Part shown: one piece after another, positions 1-12,785 of the stretch
Numbering within the stretch: position 1 is the first letter of the stretch
Layout: every line of letters starts with the position of its first letter
Assembly (NCBI GenBank): GCA_965207735.1
Contig: OZ242296.1
Span: 1,376,001 to 1,440,000 of the forward strand
Length of the DNA: 64,000 bases
Source: Candidatus Versatilivorator sp.
Lineage (GTDB): Bacteria > Acidobacteriota > Terriglobia > Versatilivoradales > Versatilivoraceae
Reading direction: 5' to 3'
Notes under the pieces: generated by a model
Database searches by the model: none
Seen by the model: only the letters and a program-made list of their open reading frames with translations
Told to the model about the DNA's origin: nothing
Program-made: the position numbers and the translations under genes

Positions 1-706
1 TCCATTCCGGCTTGTTTCCCGATTTTCGAAAGGCATCCACCACCTTGAGGCGTTTGGAGAACTTGAGCTTTTTCTGCTGGGATGTCTCGGTCTTCATTCT
101 GTTGCGGAGATCGATGGACAGGTCCTCGATATCGATCTGCTTCAGGAGCTGCTTGATCGCCTCGGCGCCCATCAGAGCCGTAAACTTGCCCGGATGCTCC
201 TCCATCATCTGTCGGTACTTCTCTTCGCCGAGCACTTCCTTTTCGTTCAGGGGAGTATCCCCCGGATCGAGAACCACGTAGGCTTCGAAGTAGAGGATAC
301 GCTCCAACTCTCTCAAGCTCAGGTCCAGCAGATGTCCGATTCGACTCGGCAAACCCTTGAAGAACCATACATGGGAGCAGGGACTGGCCAATTCGATGTG
401 GCCGAGACGCTCCCGCCGCACCTTGGACAGCGTGACCTCGACTCCGCACTTGTCGCAGATCACTCCCCGGTGCTTCATCCGTTTGTACTTCCCGCAAAGA
501 CACTCCCAATCGGTCACGGGGCCAAAGATCCTGGCGCAGAACAGTCCGTCGCGCTCCGGCTTGAAGGTTCGGTAGTTGATGGTCTCAGGTTTGGTGACTT
601 CACCCTTGGACCAGGATCGGATCGTGTCCGGCGAAGCCAGACTGATCCGGATGCTGTCGAAATCCGCGGTGAAGTTTCCCCTGTCATGGGGGTTTGGTCC
701 AAACAC
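1..706 (-). CDS. rpoC: DNA-directed RNA polymerase subunit beta' (N-terminal part, runs off window start)
   Basis: Manual translation from GTG at 706 after an AAGGAGG RBS: [63 protein letters not shown]; lies downstream of rpoB. Confidence 0.97.
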   Translation of the reverse strand, partial: MFGPNPHDRGNFTADFDSIRISLASPDTIRSWSKGEVTKPETINYRTFKPERDGLFCARIFGPVTDWECLCGKYKRMKHRGVICDKCGVEVTLSKVRRERLGHIELASPCSHVWFFKGLPSRIGHLLDLSLRELERILYFEAYVVLDPGDTPLNEKEVLGEEKYRQMMEEHPGKFTALMGAEAIKQLLKQIDIEDLSIDLRNRMKTETSQQKKLKFSKRLKVVDAFRKSGNKPEW

Positions 707-807
707 TATCGCCTCCTTGAGAAGCCGACTCCCTTAGATGGTACTACCCTGCGGTTCCAGCCCCGGGGCACCCATTGGAAACCCCGAAAACGGACTGCTT
801 TCCGCCC

Positions 808-3800
808 CTAATTTTGCTCGTACTTCTTCAGCAACTCCACATCCAGGCACAGACTCTGCAGCTCGCGAATCAAGACGTTGAAGGATTCCGGCAAACCGGG
901 CTCGATGGCTGCCTCCCCCTTCACGATGGCCTCGTAGATCTTGGCTCGACCATAGACATCGTCGGCTTTGGCGGTCAGGAGTTCCTGCAGGATATGAGCG
1001 GCGCCGTAAGCCTCGAGCGCCCACACTTCCATCTCCCCAAATCGCTGGCCCCCGAACTGAGCCTTGCCGCCCAAAGGCTGCTGGGTTATGAGAGAGTACG
1101 GTCCGATGGATCGGGCATGGATCTTGTCGTCCACCAGGTGAGAGAGCTTCAGCATGTAGATATAGCCGACGGTGACCTTCTGCTCGAAGCGTTCTCCTGT
1201 CAGACCGTCACACAAGTAAGTCTTCCCGGAAAGGGGAAGCCGGGCAGTGCCCAACCGGGACTTGATTTCCTGCTCCGAGGCTCCGTCGAAGACGGGGGTG
1301 GAAAAATGCAATCCCAGAGCCCTGGCGGCCCAACCCAGATGGGCTTCCAGGATTTGTCCCACGTTCATGCGGGAAGGAACGCCCAAGGGGTTCAGTACGA
1401 TTTCAACAGGAGTCCCGTCCGGCAGATAGGGCATGTCTTCCTCAGGCAGAATCCGTGCGATGACTCCCTTGTTGCCATGTCTCCCGGCCATCTTGTCGCC
1501 CACCGAGAGCTTCCGTTTCATGGCCACATAGACTTTGACCAGCTTGATGACTCCTGGCGGCAACTCGTCGCCCTTCTTCAACTTGGACAATTTGTCTTCG
1601 TGAAGCGCCTGCAGCACTTCGATTTGCCGTTGGGTCATCTTCTCGATTTGCAGGATCTGAGACTTCAGCTTTGCATCCTTGCGGCCGATCTTGACTCGAC
1701 CCAGATCCCTGGCCCCCAGGCGTTGAATAATCTCCCGGCTCAACCGTGTCCGGCGAGCCAGAATTCGTTTTCCGCTCCGCTCGTGGGTCAGATCGGCTGT
1801 TAGAACCTCTCCCTCCAGCAGCTCGCAGATTCGCTTGTTGCGCTCACCGGTCAGAATCCGCATTTCATCGTTGAGGTTCCTCTCGATCCGCTCGATTTCG
1901 TGGTCCTCAATGGCCTTGGCCCGCTCATCCTTTTCCTGGCCCTTCCGAGAAAAGACCTTGACGTCCACCACCACTCCTTCAATTCCAGGCGGCGTGATCA
2001 GAGAAGCATCGCGCACATCGCCCGCTTTTTCCCCAAAGATAGCTCTCAGCAGCTTTTCCTCGGGGGTCAGCTGGGTCTCACCCTTGGGGGTGACCTTGCC
2101 CACGATGACGTCGCCGGGCTTGACGCTGGCCCCGATGCGGATGATCCCACTATCGTCCAAGTCCCGCAGGAAGCTTTCGCTCACGTTGGGAATATCCCGA
2201 GTGATCTCCTCGGGTCCCAGTTTGGTATCTCGAGCCTCGATCTCAAACTCTTCGATGTGGATCGAAGTGTAGTAGTCGTCCCTGATGAGTCGTTCGCTGA
2301 CCAGGATGGCATCCTCGAAATTGTAGCCACGCCAGGGCATGAATCCGACCAGGATGTTTCGGCCCAGGGCCAGCTCTCCCAAGTCGGTGCAGGGTCCGTC
2401 GGCCAGCACCTGTCCGGCCTGCACCCGGTCACCCTTGGCAATGATCGGCTTCTGGTTGATGCAGGTATTCTGATTGGAGCGACGAAACTTCCTGAGCTGA
2501 TAGATGTCAGCTCCAACTTCTCGAGACAGTTGGCCGTTTTCTCCCGTTTCCACCCGCACGATAATCCGCTCGGAGTCGACGCTGTCCACCACGCCCGACC
2601 GACGGCACAGTACAACCGCTCCGGAGTCGTGGGCGGTAACCCGTTCCATTCCGGTTCCCACGTAGGGCGCCTCGGCCCGGAGAAGAGGCACCGCCTGCCG
2701 CTGCATGTTGGACCCCATCAAGGCACGGTTGGCATCGTCGTTTTCCAGGAAGGGGATCAGAGAAGCAGCCACACTGACCAGTTGCTTGGGCGAAACGTCG
2801 ATGTAGTCGATCTCTTCCCGGTTTTTAAGCACGAAGTTGCCGGCTTGCCGAGCATTCACCAGGGGGCTTGTGATCCGTCCTTGAGAGTCCAGTTCCACGT
2901 TGGCCTGGGCAATGACGTAGCGGTCTTCCTCCCAGGCGGTGAGGCAGAAGGAATAGGGCTCGAATTCCACCAATCGCCTGTTATCCGTCTTGAGCTGGCT
3001 GTTCTTCTCTTCAACCGCCGCTCGTTCCAGATGTTGTCCGATCTTGAGATCTGACTCCCCACCGTTGGTCACGGTGACGTAGTCCACCACCTGCCCGTTC
3101 TTCACCTTTCGATAGGGGCTTTCGATGAATCCGAACTCGTTGATCTGAGCATAGCAACTCAGGGAAGAAATCAACCCGATGTTGGGACCCTCGGGAGTTT
3201 CAATGGGGCAGATACGCCCGTAGTGAGTGGTGTGAACGTCCCGGACCTCGAACCCGGCTCTTTCTCGACTCAATCCGCCAGGACCCAATGCGGACAAGCG
3301 CCGCTTGTGGGTGATCTCCGACAAGGGGTTGGTCTGATCCATAAATTGAGACAACTGGCTCGAACCGAAAAACTCTCGCACCGCAGCCATCACCGGCTTG
3401 GCATTGATCAGATCGTGGGGCATGGCGGTGGAGATCTCCTGATAGACCGACATCTTTTCTTTGATCGCCCGTTCCATGCGCACCAGACCGATTCGAAACT
3501 GGTTTTCCAGCAACTCACCCACTGCCCGAACCCGTCGATTGCCCAAGTGGTCGATATCGTCAACGTTTCCGATGTTCTTCCGCAACTTCAGGAGATAGGC
3601 GATGACGGCGTAGAAATCGTTTGGATCCAGCGTGCGTTCTTCCAGCGGTGTGTCGAGACCCAGCTTGATGTTGAATTTCAGGCGGCCGACTCTGGAAAAA
3701 TCGTACTTGCGAGAATCGAAGAACATCCCTTGAAACAGATGGGTGGCGGTCTCCAGCGTGGGGGGGTCCCCTGGACGGAGCTTGCGGTAGATCTCGATCA

Positions 3801-5076
3801 AGGCCTCCTTGGAGGTCTTGACGCTATCCTTCTTGATCGTCTGGCTGAGCACCACCCCCACATCGTCTCGCTCCGGGTTGAAAACGGCAAACTCGGGAAT
3901 GCCGGCATCGATGATTTCTGCGACGTCTGCCGCCTTGAGCTCTTCGTTGGCTTCGATCAGCACTTCCCCGGTCTCGGGATTTACCACGTCAGCCGCGGTA
4001 AAGTACCCTTCCAGATCGTGGGCACTGATTTCTACCTGGCCGACCCCGGCTTTGGTGATGTGATTGTATTGGCTCTGCGAGATTCTCTTCCCGGCATGAC
4101 TCAGCACGTCCCCGGTTTCGGGATGAACCACGTCATGCGACACCTTCATACCGATCAGACTTTCCGAAACTTTCCACAGGAGCCGCCGGTCGTCCACACC
4201 TATGGAATCAGTCTGGTAGAACGTACGGATCAACTCCTCGTCGTTCTTCAGCCCGAGTGCGCGCAAGAAGATGGACCCCAGGAATTTCCGCTTTCGGTCG
4301 ATCCGGACGTAAAGGATGTTCTTCTGATCGTATTCGAATTCCACCCAGGAACCACGGTAGGGAATGATCTTTCCCAGGAAATAGGTCTTGGCGCTGGCCG
4401 ACTCGAAAAACACACCGGGAGATCGATGTAGCTGGCTGACAATGACCCGCTCGGTGCCGTTGATCACGAAGGTTCCATTCTCGGTCATCAAAGGAATCTC
4501 GCCGAAGTAGACTTCCTGCTCCTTGATGTCGCGGATGGTCTTGCCTCCCGAATCGGGATCCTTGTCGTAAATCGTAAGCCGGATGGTTACTTTCAGCGGC
4601 GCGGCATAGGTCATTCCCCGCTCCTGACATTCAGCCACGTCGTACTTCAGCTTGAGGCTGACGGGATCGCCGCAATCTTCGCAAAATCTGGCTGCATTTC
4701 GGTTGTAGGTTCCGCATCCGGCGCAAACGACGTCAGCGATGGAGAACGGGTTGGTCACGATGTCGATCCCGCAGGATTGGCACTTGACTCTCAAGTGCTC
4801 CAATCCCTTGAGTTGACCACACTTGCACTCCCAGTTGCCGATCGAGTAGTCCACAAACTCCAGCGAGGAAACTCCCCGAAAGTCGCTTATGGGAAACACG
4901 GAATTGAACACGGCTTGCAGACCGAAATCCTCCCGCTCATCGGGTAACAGGCTCATTTGAAGAAACCGCTCATACGATTTCCTTTGAACCTCGATGAGGT
5001 TGGGAATCTGAATGGAAGTGAGGATCTTGGAAAAGTTCACCCGCTCCCTGGAATGTCCGTTTGAAGCAGTGCCCAT
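808..5076 (-). CDS. rpoB: DNA-directed RNA polymerase subunit beta
   Basis: 1422 aa; motifs [43 protein letters not shown]. Confidence 0.99.
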   Translation of the reverse strand: MGTASNGHSRERVNFSKILTSIQIPNLIEVQRKSYERFLQMSLLPDEREDFGLQAVFNSVFPISDFRGVSSLEFVDYSIGNWECKCGQLKGLEHLRVKCQSCGIDIVTNPFSIADVVCAGCGTYNRNAARFCEDCGDPVSLKLKYDVAECQERGMTYAAPLKVTIRLTIYDKDPDSGGKTIRDIKEQEVYFGEIPLMTENGTFVINGTERVIVSQLHRSPGVFFESASAKTYFLGKIIPYRGSWVEFEYDQKNILYVRIDRKRKFLGSIFLRALGLKNDEELIRTFYQTDSIGVDDRRLLWKVSESLIGMKVSHDVVHPETGDVLSHAGKRISQSQYNHITKAGVGQVEISAHDLEGYFTAADVVNPETGEVLIEANEELKAADVAEIIDAGIPEFAVFNPERDDVGVVLSQTIKKDSVKTSKEALIEIYRKLRPGDPPTLETATHLFQGMFFDSRKYDFSRVGRLKFNIKLGLDTPLEERTLDPNDFYAVIAYLLKLRKNIGNVDDIDHLGNRRVRAVGELLENQFRIGLVRMERAIKEKMSVYQEISTAMPHDLINAKPVMAAVREFFGSSQLSQFMDQTNPLSEITHKRRLSALGPGGLSRERAGFEVRDVHTTHYGRICPIETPEGPNIGLISSLSCYAQINEFGFIESPYRKVKNGQVVDYVTVTNGGESDLKIGQHLERAAVEEKNSQLKTDNRRLVEFEPYSFCLTAWEEDRYVIAQANVELDSQGRITSPLVNARQAGNFVLKNREEIDYIDVSPKQLVSVAASLIPFLENDDANRALMGSNMQRQAVPLLRAEAPYVGTGMERVTAHDSGAVVLCRRSGVVDSVDSERIIVRVETGENGQLSREVGADIYQLRKFRRSNQNTCINQKPIIAKGDRVQAGQVLADGPCTDLGELALGRNILVGFMPWRGYNFEDAILVSERLIRDDYYTSIHIEEFEIEARDTKLGPEEITRDIPNVSESFLRDLDDSGIIRIGASVKPGDVIVGKVTPKGETQLTPEEKLLRAIFGEKAGDVRDASLITPPGIEGVVVDVKVFSRKGQEKDERAKAIEDHEIERIERNLNDEMRILTGERNKRICELLEGEVLTADLTHERSGKRILARRTRLSREIIQRLGARDLGRVKIGRKDAKLKSQILQIEKMTQRQIEVLQALHEDKLSKLKKGDELPPGVIKLVKVYVAMKRKLSVGDKMAGRHGNKGVIARILPEEDMPYLPDGTPVEIVLNPLGVPSRMNVGQILEAHLGWAARALGLHFSTPVFDGASEQEIKSRLGTARLPLSGKTYLCDGLTGERFEQKVTVGYIYMLKLSHLVDDKIHARSIGPYSLITQQPLGGKAQFGGQRFGEMEVWALEAYGAAHILQELLTAKADDVYGRAKIYEAIVKGEAAIEPGLPESFNVLIRELQSLCLDVELLKKYEQN

Positions 5077-5296
5077 TGGCTTGACTCCCTCAGATTGCGT
5101 AGAAAGCGCTTATCCTGTTTCCCGTACCCGGCGACCCGGTCAGAAACGCAGGTTGTCGCCCGGCCTTCTCCCCGACGACGCAAAAGAAACCGGCTCGCCC
5201 TTGAAGCTGTGGTGTCGAGACACCCGAACCCCAGACACACCGGTAGGTCCAATTGTCGGTTTGGAAATTCGAATAAGGAGAATCGTGGTTCTCAAG

Positions 5297-5683
5297 CTAT
5301 TTCAATTCGACGGTAGCTCCCGCCTCCTCAAACTTCTTTTTGAGGGCTTCTGCCTCGTCTTTGGGGATGTCTTCCTTGACGGGCTTGGGAGCACTGTCTA
5401 CCAGATCCTTGGCCTCCTTGAGGCCCAGACTGGTCACTTCTCGAACCACTTTGATGGTATTGATCTTCTTGCTGGCACCGAAACCAGTGAGAATCACGCT
5501 GAATTCCGTCTGCTCCTCAACTTCCTCGGCTGCCGGTCCGGCTGGGCCAGCCACGGCCACGGGAGCGGCGGCAGCGGCAGATACCCCGAACCTTTCCTCC
5601 AAACCCTTCACGAGTTCAGAGGCTTCCAGCAACGTCAATTGCTGAATCTCGTCGAGCAACTTCTGAATCTTCTCCGACATCAA
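5297..5683 (-). CDS. rplL: 50S ribosomal protein L7/L12
   Basis: Ala-rich hinge, [20 protein letters not shown], ends GATVELK. Confidence 0.98.
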   Translation of the reverse strand: MMSEKIQKLLDEIQQLTLLEASELVKGLEERFGVSAAAAAPVAVAGPAGPAAEEVEEQTEFSVILTGFGASKKINTIKVVREVTSLGLKEAKDLVDSAPKPVKEDIPKDEAEALKKKFEEAGATVELK

Positions 5684-5710
5684 GTCCTCCTCTTTAACGG
5701 TAACGAATTT

Positions 5711-6235
5711 CTACTCTGAGAATTTCTTTTCCTTGCCCGCCTCTTCCATCACCACGGCCAGGTTGCGGGGCACCGCCTGAACCACGCTGGCCAACCTCTG
5801 GGCTCCTGTGTTGAGCAGAAACATCAACTTGGAGATCAGTTCCTCCTTGCTCGGCAGACTGGCAATTTGGTTCAGATCCGCCAGATCGATGACCCGCCCT
5901 TCCACCACACCTGCCTTGAATACCAGGCGGGGGTGGGCCTTGGCGAAGGTCGTGATCGCCTTGGCCAAGGTCACGGGATCTTCAGCGTTGTAGGCGACTG
6001 CGCTGGACCCGGTGAACTGGTCCTTGATGGACTCCAAGTCCGTCCCCTGCGCGGCTCGCTTGGCCAACGTGTTCTTGACTACCCGGTACCTGGACCCGCC
6101 GGCGCGAATGGATCGGCGCAACTCAGTATCCTGTCCCACGGTTAATCCCTGAAAACCCGTCACGAGCAGGTTCCTGGCGTCGATGAATTCCTTTCGCAGG
6201 TTTTCGATCTCTTTTTCCTTGTCGTTGCGATGCAC
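5711..6235 (-). CDS. rplJ: 50S ribosomal protein L10
   Basis: YRVVKNTLAKRA, LPSKEELISKL; GTG start at 6235 after GGAGG (the ORF-track start at 6370 overlaps rplA). Confidence 0.95.
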   Translation of the reverse strand: MHRNDKEKEIENLRKEFIDARNLLVTGFQGLTVGQDTELRRSIRAGGSRYRVVKNTLAKRAAQGTDLESIKDQFTGSSAVAYNAEDPVTLAKAITTFAKAHPRLVFKAGVVEGRVIDLADLNQIASLPSKEELISKLMFLLNTGAQRLASVVQAVPRNLAVVMEEAGKEKKFSE

Positions 6236-6255
6236 GGTTGAATCCTCCGAAGGAG

Positions 6256-6948
6256 CTACTTGTCCAGCGATGTCAGTTCCACGCGAATCCCCGGGCCCAT
6301 GGTGGAGCACACAATGACACTGCGCAGGTATCTGCCCTTGGCCGCGGACGGCTTGGCCTTGATGACGCACTCGATGAGCGTCCTGGCATTTTCCAGGAGG
6401 TGCTCACCGTCAAAGGACACCTTTCCCAGGGGCGTGTGAATTATGGCTGTCCTGTCGACCCGAAACTCGACTTTTCCGGCCTTGATTTCCTTTACCGCGC
6501 TGCCCACTTCAAAGGTAACGGTTCCGGTCTTGGGATTAGGCATCAAACCCTTGGGGCCGAGAATTCTTCCCAGCCTTCCCAGGAATTTCATCATGTCCGG
6601 CGTAGCCACCATCGCTTCGAAGTCCAGCCAGCCACCCTGGATCTTGCCCACCAATTCTTCGCCGCCCACATGCTCTGCCCCGGCTTGTTCAGCTTCCTTC
6701 TGCTTTTCCCCGCTGGCAATCACGCAGACCTTTTTGCTCTTCCCCAGACCGTGGGGCAACACCACGGTGCCACGCACCATCTGATCGGCGTGCCTGGGGT
6801 CCACTCCCAGGCGCAGCGAGATTTCAACCGTCTCGTCAAACTTGGCCGAGGCCAGCTTCTGCACCAGCGGAAGTGCCGCCTGCAGAGGATAGGCCTGTCC
6901 TTGAATCTCCGTTCTGGCCCGGGCCATGCGCTTACTCGTCTTCGCCAT
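6256..6948 (-). CDS. rplA: 50S ribosomal protein L1
   Basis: [37 protein letters not shown]. Confidence 0.99.
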   Translation of the reverse strand: MAKTSKRMARARTEIQGQAYPLQAALPLVQKLASAKFDETVEISLRLGVDPRHADQMVRGTVVLPHGLGKSKKVCVIASGEKQKEAEQAGAEHVGGEELVGKIQGGWLDFEAMVATPDMMKFLGRLGRILGPKGLMPNPKTGTVTFEVGSAVKEIKAGKVEFRVDRTAIIHTPLGKVSFDGEHLLENARTLIECVIKAKPSAAKGRYLRSVIVCSTMGPGIRVELTSLDK

Positions 6949-6957
6949 TGGAACTCC

Positions 6958-7389
6958 TCAATTAACCACCTCGATTCCCATGCTGCGGGCCGTTCCCTTG
7001 ACGATGGCGACCGCCCCGGCCAGATCATGGGAATTGAGATCCGGCATTTTTTGCTTGGCTATTTCCTCCACCTGCCCCTCTGTGACCGTGCCCACCTTGT
7101 TCCGGTTGGGAGTGCCGGATCCCTTGGCAATTCCGGCCAGCCGTTTCAGTAGCACGGCTGCCGGTGGGGTTTTGGTTATAAAGGAAAAGGTGCGGTCCGC
7201 AAACACCGTGATCACCACGGGAATGATGAGGCCCTCCTGATCCTTGTTCGAGGTCTTGGCATTGAAGGCCTTGCAGAAGTCCATGATGTTGACTCCGTGC
7301 TGGCCCAATGCCGGACCCACCGGGGGAGCAGGAGTCGCCTTGGCGGCCGGGATCTGCAGTTTGATGTTTCCGATTACCTTTTTCGCCAT
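6958..7389 (-). CDS. rplK: 50S ribosomal protein L11
   Basis: [32 protein letters not shown]; ATG at 7389 after GGAGG. Confidence 0.98.
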   Translation of the reverse strand: MAKKVIGNIKLQIPAAKATPAPPVGPALGQHGVNIMDFCKAFNAKTSNKDQEGLIIPVVITVFADRTFSFITKTPPAAVLLKRLAGIAKGSGTPNRNKVGTVTEGQVEEIAKQKMPDLNSHDLAGAVAIVKGTARSMGIEVVN

Positions 7390-7467
7390 CAACACCTCCG
7401 CTGGCGTTCGACGCCCAACCGAACTGGGCAGGCGCCCCGCAACCGTGGGCGCGCAGAGCAATGCGGA

Positions 7468-8001
7468 CTAGGGCTTTTCAACCTGCAGAAAATCCAACTC
7501 CACCGGGGTCTGGCGTCCAAAGATGGTGACGTTGACTTTGAGCGTGTTCCGGTCCTCGTTCAACTCCTCCACTGTTCCGGTGAAGTTGCTGAAGGGGCCG
7601 TCGATGATCTTGACGGTCTCGCCGTGCTCAAAGGTCAACTCGATCTTGGGCTTCTCCGCCGTCGCTTCGGCGTGGTAGATAATCTGATCGACTTCCTGCT
7701 GGCTCAGGGGCGAAGGAATCTGTCCCGAACCGACAAAACCAGTGACCCTGGGAGTATTCTTGACGACATGCCAGGCCCGATCGGTCATTTCCATTTCAAT
7801 CAACACGTAGCCGGGAAAGGTGATCTTTTTGCTGGTGACACGCTTCCCGCCCTTCATTTCTACGACATCCTCCTCAGGAACCAGGGGTTCTTCGCCGAAC
7901 TGGTCCTGCATGTCGAAGGCCTCAACCCGGCTCTTGAGACTTGCGGCAACCTTGCGCTCAAATCCGGAATAAGTGTGAATGATGTACCACTGCTTGCCCA
8001 T
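7468..8001 (-). CDS. nusG: Transcription termination/antitermination factor NusG
   Basis: [20 protein letters not shown] motif [23 protein letters not shown]; ATG at 8001 preferred. Confidence 0.97.
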   Translation of the reverse strand: MGKQWYIIHTYSGFERKVAASLKSRVEAFDMQDQFGEEPLVPEEDVVEMKGGKRVTSKKITFPGYVLIEMEMTDRAWHVVKNTPRVTGFVGSGQIPSPLSQQEVDQIIYHAEATAEKPKIELTFEHGETVKIIDGPFSNFTGTVEELNEDRNTLKVNVTIFGRQTPVELDFLQVEKP

Positions 8002-8055
8002 TCCAGATTCCTCCCGATGGCCGGCCCCTTCCAAGAAAGTCACACCCAATGACCA

Positions 8056-8271
8056 CTACCGGCCAGCCAACCAACCATATAAACTCTGAACCCCAAACTG
8101 CAGGACCATATCGACCAGACCCAGATAGATTCCAAAGAAAAACACGGCGCAAAGGACGACAATGGTGGTCCCGTAAACTTCTTTTCGCCCCGGCCAGGAG
8201 ACCTTCCGCATCTCCAATTTGACATCGCCGAAGAACTGATTGATTCTGGAAACCTTCAACGATTCCAACAA
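8056..8271 (-). CDS. secE: Preprotein translocase subunit SecE
   Basis: EMRKVSWPGRKEV plus one TM helix; lies between tRNA-Trp and nusG; TTG start after GGAGGT. Confidence 0.92.
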   Translation of the reverse strand: MLESLKVSRINQFFGDVKLEMRKVSWPGRKEVYGTTIVVLCAVFFFGIYLGLVDMVLQFGVQSLYGWLAGR

Positions 8272-8319
8272 GGAGCCACCTCCATAACAGGGACGATCGC
8301 GAAATTCATTGAGGAAAGA

Positions 8320-8396
8320 TGGCAGGCCAGGAGGGATTCGAACCCCCAACATCCGGTTTTGGAGACCGGCGCTCTACCAGTTCGAGCTACTGGCCT
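8320..8396 (-). tRNA. tRNA-Trp (CCA)
   Basis: AGGCCAG...CCGGT-CT-CCA-AA-ACCGG...GGTTCGAATCC...CTGGCCTGCCA. Confidence 0.97.
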
Positions 8397-8471
8397 GTAG
8401 TGAGGACCAGAGGGCAAGAATTTCCTTGTCACTGCGATCTCTAACACCGACAGCGCCGACCGAGGCGGTTC

Positions 8472-8621
8472 CTATCGAGTCTCTCGATGGACCGTATGGG
8501 CTCGGCAGGAGCGACAGAACTTCTTGATCTCCAGTCGTCCGGGAGTCTTCTTCTTGTTCTTGGTGGTCGAATAGTTCCTTCGTTTGCAACTGTTGCACTG
8601 CAGAGTCACAATGTCTCGCAT
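8472..8621 (-). CDS. rpmG: 50S ribosomal protein L33 (Zn-ribbon type)
   Basis: Manual translation (below the ORF-track cutoff): [49 protein letters not shown]. Confidence 0.96.
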   Translation of the reverse strand: MRDIVTLQCNSCKRRNYSTTKNKKKTPGRLEIKKFCRSCRAHTVHRETR

Positions 8622-8670
8622 CTGCTTGACCTTCCGCTCCCGGCAACCGGCTCAAAGAGGTTGGGCGCTG

Positions 8671-9858
<1,188 letters not shown>

Positions 9859-9963
9859 CGCTTACTCTCCTTGCAATCACGGGACAAGCCTCAGCAGCCA
9901 TCCCAACATGAACGTGATATCGGACCTCTTTCGGGTGCGGACGGACTGCTCAACGGAAGGCAG

Positions 9964-10037
9964 AGCCCACGACCAGGCTTGAACTGGTGACCTCGTCCTT
10001 ACCAAGGACGCGCTCGTACCAACTGAGCTACGTGGGC
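9964..10037 (-). tRNA. tRNA-Thr (GGT), CCA not encoded
   Basis: GCCCACG acceptor stem, anticodon arm CGTCC-TT-GGT-AA-GGACG, T-loop TTCAAGC. Confidence 0.93.
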
Positions 10038-10044
10038 ATAACTC

Positions 10045-10119
10045 TGGAGCGGGAGACGGGGCTCGAACCCGCGACCAACAGCTTGGAAGGCTGTGACTCT
10101 ACCACTGAGTTACTCCCGC
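10045..10119 (-). tRNA. tRNA-Gly (TCC)
   Basis: GCGGGAG...CAGCC-TTCCAA-GCTG...GGTTCGAGCCC...CTCCCGCTCCA. Confidence 0.96.
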
Positions 10120-10144
10120 CTCGATCTCCGGCTAAATATATATG

Positions 10145-10233
10145 TGGTGGAGAGAGGAGGATTCGAACCTCCGTAGCTCGCAAGGAGCGGCAGATTTACA
10201 GTCTGCTGCCATTAACCACTCGGCCATCTCTCC
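10145..10233 (-). tRNA. tRNA-Tyr (GTA)
   Basis: GGAGAGA...GCAGA-CT-GTA-AA-TCTGC, long variable arm, TCTCTCCACCA. Confidence 0.96.
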
Positions 10234-10249
10234 CAACGAACTCAATCGC

Positions 10250-10325
10250 TGGAGCTGGCGAAGGGACTTGAACCCCCGACCCTCTGATTACAAATCAGAT
10301 GCTCTACCAACTGAGCTACGCCAGC
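10250..10325 (-). tRNA. tRNA-Thr (TGT)
   Basis: GCTGGCG...TCTGA-TT-TGT-AA-TCAGA...GGTTCAAGTCC...CGCCAGCTCCA. Confidence 0.96.
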
Positions 10326-10342
10326 CCGTTGGCAAACCCCGA

Positions 10343-10371
10343 AATATAGCAAAAAGACCTACCTAACGCAA
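10343..10371 (-). promoter_or_regulatory. Sigma70-type promoter of the tRNA-tuf operon
   Basis: TTGCGT-N17-TATATT with TGn extended -10, immediately upstream of tRNA-Thr(TGT). Confidence 0.7.
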
Positions 10372-10398
10372 CAATAATTACGGTCCAATCCACTTCAA

Positions 10399-11142
10399 TC
10401 AACTGCTTCGGCTGCGACCCCGCTGCCGGATGGCCTCATAAAGCACAATGCCGGCAGCAACCGACACGTTTAACGACTGGATGGGCCCCGGAGTGGGAAT
10501 CGAAGCCAGAAAATCGCACTTTTCCCGCACCAGTCGCCTCAATCCCGCCTCTTCACTCCCCAAAACCAATGCCGTGCCAAGGGTTAAATCCAGGTCCTGA
10601 CAACCGAGAGGCTGCCCCGTTTCCACCCCTGCAACCCATATTCCCTTCGTTTTGAGCTGGTCGATGGCCCTGGCGAGATTGCTCACTCGAGCGATGGAAA
10701 GGTACTCCAGGCCACCGGCTGCCGCCTTGGAGACGGTTGCGTTCACTCCAGCGGCATGGTCCTTGGTGACAACCACCCCATCCACCCCGGCGGCCGCGCA
10801 GCACCTCAAGGCGGCACCCAGATTTCTCGGGTCCTTGACGGAATCCAACAAAACCACCAGAGGCACCGGCCCCAAACCGTCCAGGAGATCTTCCATCTCG
10901 ACGTAGGGCCGGGCAACACAGACCGCCACCACCCCCTGGTGATTGGCGCCGCCCACCTGCTGATCCAGAAGCTTGCGCGGTTCAAACCGGATGGTGTATC
11001 CCTGGCGCTGGGCGAGTTGGACGACAGCCTTGAGCCCCGGGCTGCCGGCGCCACGGGCGACGAAGAGGCACGAAACCGGCCTGGTACCGGATCTCAGGCA
11101 CTCTCTCACCGGATGGATGCCGTAGATCAGTTGCTCCATCAA
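10399..11142 (-). CDS. rlmB: 23S rRNA (G2251-2'-O)-methyltransferase, SpoU/TrmH family
   Basis: IYGIHPV, HQGVVA, LDSVKDPRNLGA, LGSEEAGL, QSLNVSVAAG. Confidence 0.92.
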   Translation of the reverse strand: MMEQLIYGIHPVRECLRSGTRPVSCLFVARGAGSPGLKAVVQLAQRQGYTIRFEPRKLLDQQVGGANHQGVVAVCVARPYVEMEDLLDGLGPVPLVVLLDSVKDPRNLGAALRCCAAAGVDGVVVTKDHAAGVNATVSKAAAGGLEYLSIARVSNLARAIDQLKTKGIWVAGVETGQPLGCQDLDLTLGTALVLGSEEAGLRRLVREKCDFLASIPTPGPIQSLNVSVAAGIVLYEAIRQRGRSRSS

Positions 11143-12660
11143 TCAATGGATACGGCTCAGTCCCTGGGAACGCATGGCGCTATGGAACTCGTTGCTCCTG
11201 TCCCGGCAATCCTTGATTCGACGGGGCAATTCAAGTCGACTGCCGCCTTCGAAAATGGGCACCAGCTTGTCCAGCTCAGGCCCTGAGTCCTTGCCGGTCA
11301 GGGCCACCCGAATGGGATGGAAAAGCTTCCTCCCCTTTTGACCGCTGCCGGCCTTCACGCTCTGGACGATGGAGGGCCATTCCCGGACCACGTCGCGCTT
11401 GCCAAGGGTAAGCTGATTCCTGAGTTCCTCAACGACTCTTGCGGCCCCGGGTGACGACAGGACCTGGCGAACTCCCTCATCCTGTACTGCCTTTTCCGCC
11501 TCAAAGTCCCACAACTGGGGAGCCTTTCGGGAAAGCTGGCTCAAGTGGTCCAGGCCGGGCAGAAAGGCCTCGACCACCAGCCCTACCCATTGGCGCACTC
11601 TGGAATCCACCTCTCCCAACAACCCCTCCTGCCTCAGATAGTCGCTGGCCCACTCGACGGTACGGGAGAGCTCGCATTCTTTCAGGTAGTGGCGGTTGAA
11701 AAAATACAGCTTTTGGGCGTCGAAAATGGCTGGACTCTTCGACACCCGTTCGATGTCGAAGCCTTCTACCAGCTCCTCTGGCGAGAGAATCTCATCCTGG
11801 TCTTCCCCGGGCGCCCATCCCAGAAGTGTCAAGTAGTTGAGCAAGGCCTCCCAGAGAACTCCCTGCTCTCGATAGTGTTTCAGCGAGGTTGCCCCATGTC
11901 GCTTCGAAAGACGAGTGCGGTCCGGTCCAAGAATGGTCGACAAATGAGCGAAGACCGGCAAGGGCCATCCCAAGGCCTCGTATATCAGTACCTGTCGAGG
12001 GGTGTTGGAGAGGTGGTCGTCGCCTCGGATGACGTGGCTGATCTTCATCAAGCCGTCGTCCACCACCGCCGCGTAGTTGTAGGTGGGCATGCCATTGGAC
12101 CGAACCAGAATGGGGTCTCCCAAGACGGCGCTGTCAAACTGCATCTCGCCGTGGACCAGATCCCGAAAGACAACCTTGCCGGATCGGACCTTCAGGCGAA
12201 TCACCGACGGATGTCCGTCCGCAAGCCGCCGAGCCACCTCCACGGGCGACAGTCGCCCGCAGGTTCCGGGATACTTCCAGGTTAGCCCCGCCTGCCGCGC
12301 CTCCCTTGCCTGCCGCCCCAATTCCTCCTCACTGCAAAAACAGCGGTAAGCGGATTTCTGCTCCAACAGGACTTCGGCGTAGCGGGCATAAATTGCCGTG
12401 CGGCTGCTTTGACGATAGGGCCCGAACGGCCCGCCGCAGTCCGGCCCCTCTTGCCAATCCAGACCCAACCACTTCAGATCCCCGCAAATCAGGTCCTCAA
12501 ATCGACTTTCGGAACGGACCCGGTCGGTGTCTTCGATCCGAATGACCAGACTGCCGCCATACTTTTTCACGTACAGCCAATTGAAGACGGCGGTCCGGGC
12601 ATTTCCGACATGCAGATCACCGGTCGGGCTCGGCGCGAAACGGAGACGATTGGGCATCAC
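11143..12660 (-). CDS. gltX: Glutamate--tRNA ligase
   Basis: RFAPSPTGDLHVGN, RIEDTD, RLSKRHG. Confidence 0.96.
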   Translation of the reverse strand: MMPNRLRFAPSPTGDLHVGNARTAVFNWLYVKKYGGSLVIRIEDTDRVRSESRFEDLICGDLKWLGLDWQEGPDCGGPFGPYRQSSRTAIYARYAEVLLEQKSAYRCFCSEEELGRQAREARQAGLTWKYPGTCGRLSPVEVARRLADGHPSVIRLKVRSGKVVFRDLVHGEMQFDSAVLGDPILVRSNGMPTYNYAAVVDDGLMKISHVIRGDDHLSNTPRQVLIYEALGWPLPVFAHLSTILGPDRTRLSKRHGATSLKHYREQGVLWEALLNYLTLLGWAPGEDQDEILSPEELVEGFDIERVSKSPAIFDAQKLYFFNRHYLKECELSRTVEWASDYLRQEGLLGEVDSRVRQWVGLVVEAFLPGLDHLSQLSRKAPQLWDFEAEKAVQDEGVRQVLSSPGAARVVEELRNQLTLGKRDVVREWPSIVQSVKAGSGQKGRKLFHPIRVALTGKDSGPELDKLVPIFEGGSRLELPRRIKDCRDRSNEFHSAMRSQGLSRIH

Positions 12661-12785
12661 TAGAGAAACTGTACCTCAGACCGACAAGCAATAAAGGCAA
12701 ATGAGACATCCACCAAGAGACTGGTTGGCGGACTGTTGATCGCCGATCCTCGATCGGGGAGTCTTGACAACCGATTTTGCCCTGC

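Noticed and set aside
775-4431. Long plus-strand ORFs opposite rpoB, and similar antisense ORFs opposite metG, DUF1552, the mutase and others
   Set aside because: These are shadow ORFs from high-GC codon bias with no recognisable motifs
9964-10325. tRNA genes as prophage or island attachment sites
   Set aside because: No duplicated tRNA 3' end or integrase was seen in the window
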